From: Octopus vulgaris
Lineage: Eukaryota
DNA length: 64,000 nt
Direction of reading: 5' to 3'
Assembly: GCA_951406725.2 (NCBI GenBank)
Contig: OX597821.1
Location: 25,048,001 to 25,112,000 of the forward strand
Shown here one piece after another: positions 12,303-25,484 of this stretch. Both the position numbers and the translations under genes were made by a program. The notes below the pieces were generated by a model. The model had not been told where the DNA came from. It searched no databases and saw nothing but the letters and a program-made list of their open reading frames with translations. Within the stretch, counting starts at the first letter, position 1. Each line of letters opens with the position of its first letter.

Positions 12303-14963
12303 CTGGAAAACAGGATTAAAAACAGGAAGAAGAAAAATTTAGTCTTTCTCAGTGAATTAACAGTAGAAGATTAATTAACAATAAGTGGATAAATAAGTAA
12401 CAGGAAATTTAAAGGATGACTGACCTCTCAGGGACACAGTTTCAAGCATTAAACTGGCTCCACACAAACTTGGTTTCACTACTGCTCTAACCCCTTCGTC
12501 CTCTAACACTAACCCAAGCATTGTAACAATCCTTCTACCCAAGAACTACATCACTTTGTAACTGCTTCCTACCTCTGTATCACTCCACTAACCACTCAAC
12601 GTTAAAAAATTTCCTTCGAGTGACACTGACAGCCTGTGTATAACACACTAAACAATTATGGATACTGACCCTTCCCCGTAAAAGATACTTCCAACCAACA
12701 GTAAACTATAAAAGCTAGGCAAGGAAAAACAAAACGGGCTGCTAGAACCCAAACAATTGACCCATATCACACCCTGGCATCAAACTGCTCAGCATCACCA
12801 CCACATTACCCACACAACTACAACAGCAAGAAGATGAAAGCAATGTAAACTTACACGAGTGAACTGGCTAATTCTGGAACAGCCGTTTTCAGCTTTTCAA
12901 TGTCATCACTTGTAATCTCTGGGATGTTGTGATCGAAAGTACGTGGAGGGGTTGTCTGTAGGGTGAAGAAGAAATATTGATAAGGTTTTGTGAGTAGGGG
13001 CTGAGAAGAACATTGACATGGCTCAATAAATAGGGTGAAGAGTATTGAAATGACTTAGTATGAAGGAATGTTGATAAGGCACCCTGAATAGGGAGAAATA
13101 ATTGATATGATTCAAAAAAGGGTAGAAGTTTGATTCGGCCCAGTGAGTAGGGAAGGAGAGGGAACCTTTATGTGGTTTTGTGTATGAAGTAGGGTGACAT
13201 TGCTACGGTTTAGTGATTGTCTTCAACAAGACATGATTCACCTGACACCGAAAAGATATATAGTGAGTCAAAACAAATAGTTGGCTTTATATTTGTTTGT
13301 TGTTTTTTTAACTTGTTATGTTATATTATATTATATCTTCTTATATTATATTATATTATATTATAATGGAAATAAATTTTTAGTCTGTCAGTTGTATTTT
13401 GCTAGGTTCAGTCCTGCAGCACAGCATCTGGAATCTTGTACTTACTATAGAATGACCTAAGACATATATATTATTTTTAAGTGTGGGGTCTGCATTCATG
13501 CTCTATTTATATAGGCGTAGGAGTGGCTGTGTGGTAAGTAGCTTGCTTACCAACCACATGGCTCCGGGTTCAGTCCCACTGCATGACACCTACTATAGCC
13601 TCGGGCTGACCAAAGCCTTGTGAGTGGATTTGGCAGAGAGAAACTGAAAGAAGCCCGTTGTATATATGTATATATATATATATATGTATGTGTGCGTGTA
13701 TATGTTTGTGTGTCTGTGTTTGTCCCCTCAACATCGCTTGACAACCAATGCTGGTGTGTTTACATCCCCGTAACTTAGCAGTTCGGCAAAAGAGACCAAT
13801 AGAATAAGTACTAGGCTTACAAAGAATAAGTCCTGGGGTTGATTTGCTTGACTAAAGGTGGTGCTCCAGCATGGCCACAGTCAAATGACTGAAACAAGCA
13901 AAAGAGTAAAAGATATTATATATATATATATGAAACAATTGAGCATTGGACCTCACGGAGGCAAGGTGCTGAGTTCCTTTCGAGTGTTGGGCCTCATGGA
14001 GGCAATGACCGACACCTTTGGCATTATGTCATGCCTGTGAAGAAGATCCATCAAGCCGAGCAAAATCGCAGTCGCAGCAGATAGCGGTGGCACACAAATG
14101 GCACCCATGCCAGTGGCACGTAAAAGCACCCAGTACACTCTCAGAGTCGTTAGCCTTAGGAAGGATATCCAGCCGTAGAAAACGATGCCAAATCAGACTA
14201 GAGTCTAATGCAGCCTCTCAACTTACCAGCCCTGGTCAAACTGTCCGACCCATGCCAGCATGGACAACGGACATTAAATGATGATGATATATCTTTGTGT
14301 GTGTGTGTGTGTGTGTGTATACATATATTATTTAAAACAGCTCGATTCAGTTCCATGTAACTTCAAGTTTCACAGACCCCTAACAGGGGCCTGTCTCTCA
14401 GACTTTGGAACTCGAAGTCACATGGAACCAAATCAAACTGTAACTCCTACTAAACATGCTGAGTGCTATTTTCTTTCATTTGTCCACTCACTTGTATCTG
14501 TATATATATTTATATATACATCTTTCATTTACTATGTGTGCAGGTGGCACGTAAAAAACACCCACTACACTCGCGGAGTGGTTGGCGTTAGGAAGGGCAT
14601 CCAGCCGTAGAAACACTGCCAGATCTGACTGGGCCTGACGAAGCCTTCCAGCTTCACAGACCCCACTTGACCCGTCCAACCCATGCTAGCATGGAAAACG
14701 AACGCTAAACGATGATGATGATGATGATGATATATATAAAATAAAATACAAAATGGGACAAAAACGCAAAACATCTGGACAACTAGGTGATACAAAAAGG
14801 GACAACAAAAAATCCAGATAGATGATAAAAAAAAACGCTACAGGTAGACAATGTTTTGTTGTCCCTTTTTGTATCACCTAGTTGTCCAGTTGTTTTGCGT
14901 TCTTGTTCCATTTTGCATTTCATTTTATATATATATATAGCAGCATACGTACACTTTGTTCTC

Positions 14964-15000
<37 letters not shown>

Positions 15001-18000
15001 TATAGAAGCATAAAGACATACTGGTAAAGTAAGACACTTTGACATCTTGTATCTGCAATATCATTATACACTGCTGTTGAAATATAATTTATGTTTGAAA
15101 ATTTTGTATTTACTCTAACAAAGCTTAATTACAGATGAAGGATGATTCTGAAAGGGAGTTACATCTCACAAAGGGATTTATTACCAGGGATGTGGAGCAA
15201 GTGTATCCAAAGACCCAGTATTTGGTGATGTAACTGTGATGTATTGTTTGTATCAGTGTTTTATATCCACTTGTCCATGATTTCATGCTTTATTTCTTTA
15301 TTTGTTGGATGAATTGTTTTTACAGTTAATGGATGTATTTACTAACACTGATCTCTGAACAGTGTAGCACAGGACATGAGAATAGGACAAAGAAAGAGTT
15401 GTGTTTCTTGGTTAATGGTGTAACACTGAGGTTATATAGTAAGGTATTGAACTTATAACTATGTGGCTAAAAGGTTCATAGTGTTACTGTGCTCCTCATA
15501 ATAATGGTGCCAAGCATAGACATAATGGTACAGAGGAACAGTCACGGAAATTTCAGCCAGAATTGACAGATACTTTACTGATGCTGGAAAGATGAGAAAA
15601 CAAAGCCAGCCTCAGTGGGAATTGAACAAAGAATGTAAAAGTATGTAGCTAAAATATAAAGCTATACCATATTTTCCAGCATAGATGTCAAATTTTTCAG
15701 ACCAAAATTTACAGCCAAAAAAGGTAGGTCGACTTATACACCAAAACAACTTGAGAGGACCAAAAATTCCATGTAAAATGCAACAGGATTTGGAAAGATG
15801 GTGACAATGTTTGAATCTTAACATTGCATGTTTACAATATATATTATGCAAACTTGTATACTGAAAAATACAGCACACAAATATTTACAAATTGCTCTGC
15901 ATTTGCCAGTTGCCAGGGCCGCTGGACTGACTCCTGTGCAGGTGGCAAGTAAAGAAACACCATTTTGACCCTGTGCTTGAGGAGATCCATTGAGTCAAGG
16001 ACACCAACATCAAAAATCAATGGAAACTGCAGTTGTGATCCCTGTGCCGGTGGCACGTAAAAAGCACCATCCGAACGTGGCCGATGCCAGCGCCGCCTTC
16101 ACTGGCTTCCGTGCCGGTGGCATGTAAAAAGCACCAATCCGATCGTGGCCGTTGCCAGCCTCACCTGGCACCTGTGCTGGTGGCACGTAAAAAGCACCCA
16201 CTACACTCACGGAGTGGTTGGCGTTATGAATGATGTCATAAATAACAGTGACAAATGAAATATACAACGCCGATAGTTGTTGTTGACAAACAACAGCAGT
16301 AATTTTATTCAGCTGAAATTACCGAAATACAACAACTTTAACATGAAATAACTTCGTAAATAGAAACTTTTCTCAACAACATTAAGAGTAAAAGATGTTT
16401 TATGTGACACATTCTACCAGTGTCCGAAGTTTGAAAGTGTTTAGTTTCAACAAATTAATTTCTCAATCTGCCGATGAAAGTGGAAAGATCCAAAGTATAT
16501 CATCATCAACAACAATAAATAACAGTTGATTGACTTACAGCAAACTTTGATGGTTCATCATGTAAGCCATGGAACAGGGACTGAATGAAATGTTTATCTG
16601 CAATGGAAGAAAACAAAGAATCATCAGTGGCTTAGGATGTAATAATTACAGTTGGATGAAGGACCTAAAGAACCTAAATGACCTCATATTAGGATTACAA
16701 TGTTTTCTTGCTGACCACTAATCTGTCATGAATATTTACAGGCTAATAAGGCTATGGTCAATTAAGGGGCAATCAAGACCCTTTACACACTATGCAGCTA
16801 ATAGACATAGCAACTAAAGCTATGGTCAACAAAACAGTCAAAGGTCAGTTGTGTCCGTTTATAGATCAGTTATCTATTAATGTTAGGATCTGTTCAGAAG
16901 ACTACCAGTGGGTCAATTTTTAGTATTTAGTATTTAGTACAAAGTTAGTGCTCATCACCTTGCATCTTTCCTCAAGATTGGTGAGCTTTATGTGGTTAAT
17001 AAGGGCAATAGCCAATGTAGGTAGGTTATATAGTGATGGTCTGTGTCATTGTTAACTGGATTAGAAATACCAGCAAAAAAATCATTATTGGTGTGATATG
17101 AGATAGAGTGAAAATGTGTGGCCCAGTGGTTAGGGTGTTGCACTCATAATCGCAACCCTAACTAACTCTAACTGAGCAGTGTATTGTGTTCTTGCACAAA
17201 ACACTTAATTTCAGTCTAGTCAGCTGTAACCCTACAACAAAGTGACACCTCATTCAGAGGGAATGTTGTGATCTGAGTCATACACCAGGGAAATAAATTG
17301 AGTAACCAACTCTATGAGTCCTAGCACTCAATGCAGTACTTATGATAAGAGATAAAGTAGGGACAAACATTTCGGACAGGAGCTCTTATCAATAGTCTGT
17401 TTTCGTTTCACACCTCACCAATATGTTTTGTGCTTTCATACGTCCAACAGATGATATTCAACTTCTAAATGATCAATGATTCCCAAAACAGAGTCAGAAG
17501 ACATGTAAAACCAACAATATCTAACAACAAATGGTAAACAAGTTCATTACACACAATACCAGCCCTCACTCACCAACAACAAGCTAATAAGGGAGCTTCT
17601 ACATGGTCATTTCATTTGCTAAAAACAGTAATCAAATCTCTCAGAAACTACATCTTACTGTTTTAATAAAAATACATTGGATAATAAAGTCTGTAACACC
17701 ATAGAGCCAAGAAGAGAAAAAAATAAGATGGTCATGGCAGGAACGTCTGCTGGATTAAGAGGACCATCTTGAGAGATAAACAGCAATGAAAGAGAGAAGA
17801 TAAAAAGGAATTACTCACTAAATGTTTCTGAGAAATTCTGTCTGTCTTGAAGTTCACCTATATACAGAGAATGTGATGTAGCGGCAACATTTCTGGCCCA
17901 CTGTAACAGAAATAACAACAGTAGATATCATGAGGAATATGCATTCACCATCAGCAGTCGCAGCAGCAACAGCAGCACCATACTTTACTCAAGGTTACTA

Positions 18001-18675
18001 CCACCAGCACCAACAGTAACCCATTTGTGACACTTGACATGCTAGAAACAGCAGTCAAATCTCTCTCTCACTCCACTCTATTGAAAGCCATCAGTCATAT
18101 CTGCTGGATCTAACCTGGGACTAAAACGCGCTTTCATAATAATAATAATAATAATAATAACACTAATAATAATAATAATAATAATAATAATAGTAATAGT
18201 AATAATAATAACAATAAGTACCCTTGAATCGCCAGGTAATATGCTGTGTTTAAGAAGACCTACTGTGTCAAGTAAAATTGAAATCAAAATGGAAATCATA
18301 GTTGTGGCCAATGACAGTGCTGCCTGATTGGCTCACTGTGCTGGTGGCATGTAAAAAGCACCATCCAAATGTGGTTAATGCCAGTGCCCCACCAACTGGC
18401 TCTTGTGCCAGTGACATGTATAAAGCACTCAATACACTCTCAGAATGGCTGGCATTAGGAAGGGCATCCAGCTGTAGACACCTTGCCAGATCAGATTGGA
18501 TCCTGGTGCAGCCTACTAGCTTGCCAGTCCTCAGTCAAACCATCTAACCCATACCAGCATGGAAAACAGACGTTAAACGATGCTGATGATGATGAATCTT
18601 CTGGACATCAAAATATTCTCTACACACCTCAGGTGTGTATAGTGGTTACATCTATATTAATTTGTTGGCATTGAG

Positions 18676-18711
<36 letters not shown>

Positions 18712-18743
18712 TATTTGTACATCTGTACACTTATGTATTAGTG

Positions 18744-18789
<46 letters not shown>

Positions 18790-19764
18790 TACACACATAC
18801 ATGTGTATATACATATACGTGTATACATATGTACATATGCAGTAGATATATTTTATCCACATCCCGTTTTGTTTTCCTTTTCATATTGATTAAAATAGAA
18901 GAGAGAAGGTACTGGATATGAGTTCAAATTCTGCTAGTCAATATGTTGCCACTCCAACTTTACAGGTTCAATCCCAGCCATGCCAACTGGATCTTGAAAT
19001 CCTTAGAAGACATGCATAGCCACCACAGATTCACTAGTAAGTGGGTCCCTTAAGTTCAAACTGCAGCCAATCTGTCTGATCTCAGTGTATAACTGGTACC
19101 TAATGCAGCAAAAACAGCTGTGAAGCGGATGGATATTTTGTTAACTTCTCATCTTCAGAGACACCGGTTCAATTCAAACCACATTGATTTCAAGAGACTC
19201 TGGGGCAGCTGGCAGTAGAGCTGGTGATATGCAGAGTGATCAGTGAACACATAGGGTGAGTTGGGACTTGGTCAGTGTGTGCAGCGGTTGTACAAAGTAA
19301 TGCTGTAATGCTATGCCTGAGGGATGAGTGTGGTCGTGTGGGAAAAAGTTTGCTTCCAAACTATATGGTTTCAAGTTCAGTCCCATCGTGTGGCACCTTG
19401 GGTAAGTGTCTTCTTTAAAATAATAATAATAATGAAATTATTGTATACAGTGCTCAGGTGCACCACAATTTGTCAGAAAGTGCATATAGAATATATGCAG
19501 TAATGTACAAATGTCTGGAAAGCGAACAATGTATGAGTCAGATACATGCTTGTGTGTGTATGGACGGGAAGAAATCAGGTGTTGTGTTGGCGAATCTCAG
19601 AAAGCATGGAAGTTTTGAAGGATGCAGTGCTCCAACAACTAACAACTGATGCCGGCAGTTTGTTCCATGCTTCAGCAACTCTCAGCATGAAAAAATTTAG
19701 CCTTGGGTCAACTTAAATCAAGTGAGTGGATTTGTTAGACAGAAAATGAAAGATACCTGTCACA

Positions 19765-19807
<43 letters not shown>

Positions 19808-20130
19808 CTCTCTCTCTTTGTCTTGACATTGTGTGATAGTTGTAAATGAGTATTACAATTATACAAGCAGTGTCTTTCATTTCCAATATATTGTATGAAC
19901 ATGTCCGGGCAAATATTACTTTACTTGGAAACAGGTGAGAGTTGGCAACAAGAAGAGCATCCAGCAGCAGCAGAAAATCTGCCTCAAAGTAAACTCCATC
20001 TAACCCATGCAAACACTGGTAAGTGGACGTTAAATGGTGATGGTGATTGTGCAGGGTGTAATGGTTTACACATCAAAACTTCTCAGATAGCAACATTGGT
20101 TGAGAAATTAATCTTACTCTGTGTGTGTAT

Positions 20131-20178
<48 letters not shown>

Positions 20179-23100
20179 CAGGCAGAGAGTACTTACAGTT
20201 AGAAATTGTGTGGAATAGTTCTTGCGACGTATTATCTCCACCAAAGCATTAATGTACATCTTGGCTGAATCGTGCACTTGCTGTAAAATCTTCAGATGTT
20301 TGCGTTGTCTTTTGATCTTCTCAGACTCAATCTTTATCTTCCTCTCCTTCTCCATAATCAGCTGCTCCACATACATGACCCATCTAGACAAAAGCAAACA
20401 GTAAACAGCCGTGTTAACCATCACAAAAACATTTAACGGGTTATCTAACATGATGCCAAACCACTGTTATCCTCAACATTATCATCAAGGATGGTGAATT
20501 GCCAGAATCAATGAAAAGACAGATAATATGCCTTGTTTTATTTCAAATCAAATCTCACAAAAGCCAAAATTATCAGCCATCCCTCTAGGGGTAAATTAAA
20601 TTACCAATGAAATACTGGGGTTCATTTAATTGACTGTGCCCTCACTTGAAATCTGTGGTGTTGTGCTTCGGCTACTGTCCTTATAATTTCTTCAGCTGTT
20701 GCTTTAATGGTAAATGAAATATTATTTTAAGGCACCAAGCTGGCAGAATTGTTGGCACACTGGGCAAAATGCTTTGCAGCATTCATCCATCTTTACGTTC
20801 TGAGTTCAAATACTGTCAGGGTCAACTTCGCCTTTCACCCTTTCAGGGTCAATAAATAAGTATCAGTTAAGTACTGGGGTCAATGTAATTGATTTACCCT
20901 CTCCCTAAAAATTGCTGGCATTGTGCCAAAATTTGAAAACATCATTATTACTATGAAGGCAAGAGCTGGCAGAATTGTTAAGACACTGACAAAATGTTTA
21001 GCAGTATTTCATCTGTCTTTACAGTCAGAATTAAAATTCCACTAAGGTCGATTTTGCTTTCCATCCTTTCAGGGTCAATAAATTAAGTACTAGTTGAGTA
21101 CTGGCATCAATGTAATCAACTTAACCCTTTCCCCAAAAAATTTCAGGCCTTGTGCCGATAGTAGAAAAGATTAATATTATCATTATTATTATTTAAGTGG
21201 TGAGCTGACAGAATCATTAGCACGTTGAACAGTATTTCATCTTCGTTCTAAGTTCAAATTCTGCCGAGGTCAACTTTGCCTTTCATTCTATTGGGGGTTG
21301 ATTAACTGAATACCTATTTCTTTACTACCCACAAGGGGCTAAACACAGAAGGGACAAACAAGGACAGACAAACGGATTAAGTCGATTATATCGACCCAAG
21401 TGTGTAACTGGTACTTAGTTAATCGACCCCGAAAGGATGAAAGGCAAAGTTCGACCTCGGCGGAATTTGAACTCAGAATGTAGCGGCAGACGAAATACCG
21501 CTTAGCATTTCACCCGGTGTGCTAACGTTTCTGCCAGCTTGCCGCCTTAACTGAATACCAGTTAAGAAGTGAGGTCAATGTAATCAACTTAACCCCTCCC
21601 CAGAAACTGCTGGCCTTGTGCAAAAATTTGAAGCCAATATTCAAGGTGGCAGAATCATTGGTATGCCAAGCAAAATACTTAGCAGCATTTCATCCATCTT
21701 TCTGCTCTGAGTTCAAATTCTGCCAGGGTCAACTTGGTCTTCCATCCTTTTGGAGTTGATAAAATAAGTACCAGCTGAGCACTGGGATTGATGTAATCAG
21801 CTAGCCCCTCCACCAAAGATTTCAGGCTTTGTGCCTATAGTAAAAAGGGTTATTATCAAGCTTTCTTACATCAAGATTTTCTGTAATAAAATACCAATCA
21901 AGTACTGAGATCAATCAAGATGAATGTTCTACTCCAATTTCCATTATTATAGGACAAGGTCAAACTTCAGAGGTCAATAAAATAAAGCACCAGTCTAATG
22001 CAGGGACTGATGTTATTGACAACTCCCTGCCCCACCCCTCAAAAGAGTTGACTATGTGCTTAAAATAGAAACAATTATTATAAGACAAGTTTATAAACAA
22101 AAGCTTGCAAGAACGCACGTGAGAACTGCTGGAATATCAGACAACTGGTAGAGAAGTGACTGGTTTATGTCTTACTAGAAATGATGTTTGTCTGTAGGTA
22201 AAATACCAAAGTCCTTAACAACTATACTGTAAAAAAAGTACAAGGTAGTAAAATCTCTGCAACATTAAAGTAGAGTTGATTGCAACTCCACATGTGAGTA
22301 TACTATCAAGATCTATCAGACTGTCTAATACCAGGTACATTACACAGAGATGGATAGAGCAGAGGAAGCTTCAGGAGTGACCCAAGGGCCCAATAGATTA
22401 CAGCAGCAGTCCCCAAACTTTTTTTTACAGACCAGTTTCATACAAGACAATTTTCCCACAGACCAGGGAGTCATGAGTATAACATAAAAACAATTAAGTG
22501 CTTAATACATAATTTAATTATTATATATATATTACATTGCTGAGACCCCCTTCGGTCATGACTGACTGTAGGATTGCACCTAGAAAGTTATCCTCCCAGG
22601 TACAAGTCCAGGCAAAGCTGTTTATGGAAGACCAGCAGTCACCCATGCATACCGGCCTCCCCTCTCCACGCCACTGATGTTATCCAAAGGAAAGGCAACA
22701 GCCAATATAGCTTGGCACCTGTGACGTCGCAACTCATTTCTACAGCTGAGTGAACTGGAGCAATGTGAAATAAAGTGTCTTGCTCAAGAACACAACACAC
22801 AGCCCGGTCCGGGTTCAAACTCAAAACCTCACGATCGTAAGCTCGGTGCTCTAACCACTGAGCCATGCACCTTCACAAATATATAACGTAAAAACACCAT
22901 GCAGACTGCAAAAGTCGATAAAATAGAAATATAATTTTAAAATTTATTCTTTCTGTGCAGCCTGGAACCAAATGATCTATGACCCAATATCGGCCCACCA
23001 TCTGATGGCTAGGTGACCCTGGATTACAGGATAATTATAAACACTTTAGGCAAGTCAACACCAAAATCTGATGCCTATTGGCTACTGACCAAGTCAAACA

Positions 23101-25452
23101 ACTGAGATGAAAGTCAACTACTTACTGAAGGCGAACATGGAGGTTCTTACTGAGTTCTTCTTTGGCCTTGCAGCATCTCTTCCTGAATATTTTAATTTGA
23201 TTGTGTCCCTCGGAGAGATCCATCAGATCCTTTTTGTGGTTCTTCCAGTACTCCGACAGGCACTCACAATCCATTCTGCTAGTCGTTTCTAACTGGCTGG
23301 AAAATTTCTGTCCAAAAGAAAGTAAATGTCCATGTTGTACTGTGATGTAAACTTGTGTGATGGATTGTTGTAACTTGTTTACAAAATACTTTCTGCTAAT
23401 GCAGACCACTACTAGTTTCCTCTGCATGTGTGGGTATGTCACAGGTAAAGATAGTTTATTTGGTATCTGACCAAGTGATGCTGTGATAACAACCTATATG
23501 TTTGCTTCCAGAGTCCTGTGTCCTTGCTTTGTTTAAGCAGGATATCCCTCAATGTCTCAAACTTTCACAGCAGTTGCTACTAAAACTCTAAAGCCTACAA
23601 GAGAGTATCACTGATGGACTAAGCGCACAATGCAAAATAGTTCTGAGATATGATAATTTAGTCTGACCACTGAACAATAGCACTGTACACTGAAGGGACC
23701 CAGCTGCTGAAAGTGAAACCAAAACTAGCCAGTGAATAGACATGGCCATCCCTGTCAAAATAGCCCAGTTCTTATCTGGTTAGGGCCACACCAAAGCCAC
23801 ATCTATTCACTACCCATTTTATAATACAAGTGGAGTTTGTTGTCATGAGAAGCCTGGTCAAAGATCCAATCTGCAATTAGACAAACAACAACAAGCACCA
23901 AACTTTTAGCAAACTTCTTTAACTGTGTTCAGCAGAATTTTAGGTCGAATATTGCCACAGGTTACAACATTTTCTTTCCAAGAATGTGTGTTGTGAATGT
24001 TAGTGTGTATAGGCATGTGTGTGTATATCACAGGCTAAGACAGTTTTTGTTTAGGGTGAATATGTTACAGATTAAGACAAATGTTTATAGGTGTATCACA
24101 GGTCAAGTGAGATGGCTTAAGTATATTCTAGGTGTGGATATGTCCTCAGTGTGAGTAACATGAAATAAAAACAGTAGACAAGATGAAGTGGATTTGAACA
24201 CTTAATGTTACCATCATAACAGCCAGACTACATAAGAGTTACCTGATAGAACTTGGTCTGTTTATCCATTATGGTACGAGTGTTGGTTATCAAGTGGTCC
24301 AACTGGTAGAGGCGATTCTCCAGACCTTTCACCTCCTTCATGTCAGGACGGTCAATAAATTTGAGCATATCATCAATCTCCTGCATTAACTTCTCTACAT
24401 TCTTCTGACTTATCTGGAAGAGTGAAGTGAGAGTTGAGAGGCAACAGAGGGGAGTTGAGGTGGGAGAAAAGAGATAGAGAGAAACACAAAGGTAAAAGAA
24501 TAGAGAAATCAGTAGGGCAAAGTTAAGAAAAAGTGATAGTTGAAGTGGTTAGAGTTGAGGTAAAGTGGAGGGGACAGATAGTAGAGTGGAACTGGGTGGT
24601 AGAGGAGGAAGCACAAATAAATTAATGGTTTAATTATTTGAAATAATGTCTTGAATATGTGTGTGTTTGTGAGAGAGATGGAGAAAGTGTACACAACAAG
24701 AATAACATACCTGTTCAGAAATCACTCTACATTGCTCGACCATATCTTCTAAACTGCTGCGAGGGTCCTGGGGAGACAAACAGACACAAACAATGAGTGG
24801 TTGAAGTTTCACTCATACTCCACACAACAGAGAGTATGACGTACGGAATGTGATAAGTACCACACACAATTGGAGTGTAGTTTTATATCTATAGTATCTT
24901 AGCTTCCATATCAATGCAAGCCACACATTATCGTGATAATTTAACTTTACAGTAGCTGGTTTCTTAGTTTAATGTACAGACAGCTTACTTTATTACAAGT
25001 AATAATAATTTAGGGTGGAAAGAGAGAGTAGAGTGAGAAATGAAGAGAGACATAGAGACAGAGAGAGACAGACAGACAGACAGAGATGTGTATGTAGTAA
25101 ATTACCTGTTGATATATCCAGTCTAGCAATGAAGGTGAACAATGACCACCACCATCACTAACATCTTCAAGCATAGCAGGTTCAACAGGATTAGTTTGTG
25201 AGAGAGGACTGGACACTAACGTCTGAAGACTGTTTAACAGTGGAATACGGCCAAGAAGTCTTAAAATCCCTGGAACACTGAGAGAAAACATAGAACAATG
25301 GTGTATATTAATGGACTGAGGTAACAGGAGGTGAGTAGTGAGTGGAGTTAAGGAGAGAGACAAAAGGTATGTGAAAGTGAAAGTTATTTCATTAGCAATG
25401 CACATCATTATTTATAAAATAGCATAATTAAGATACATAAGCTCACTGTGAA

Positions 25453-25484
<32 letters not shown>

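Noticed and set aside
22790-22877. tRNA gene (also 32020-32095 and SINE heads elsewhere)
   Set aside because: A/B boxes run into SINE body sequence; no complete cloverleaf or acceptor stem could be built.
23461-23600. Extra exon after the tctcttgtag acceptor-like site
   Set aside because: Immediate stops, and exons 9 and 10 already join in phase without a gap in the alignment.
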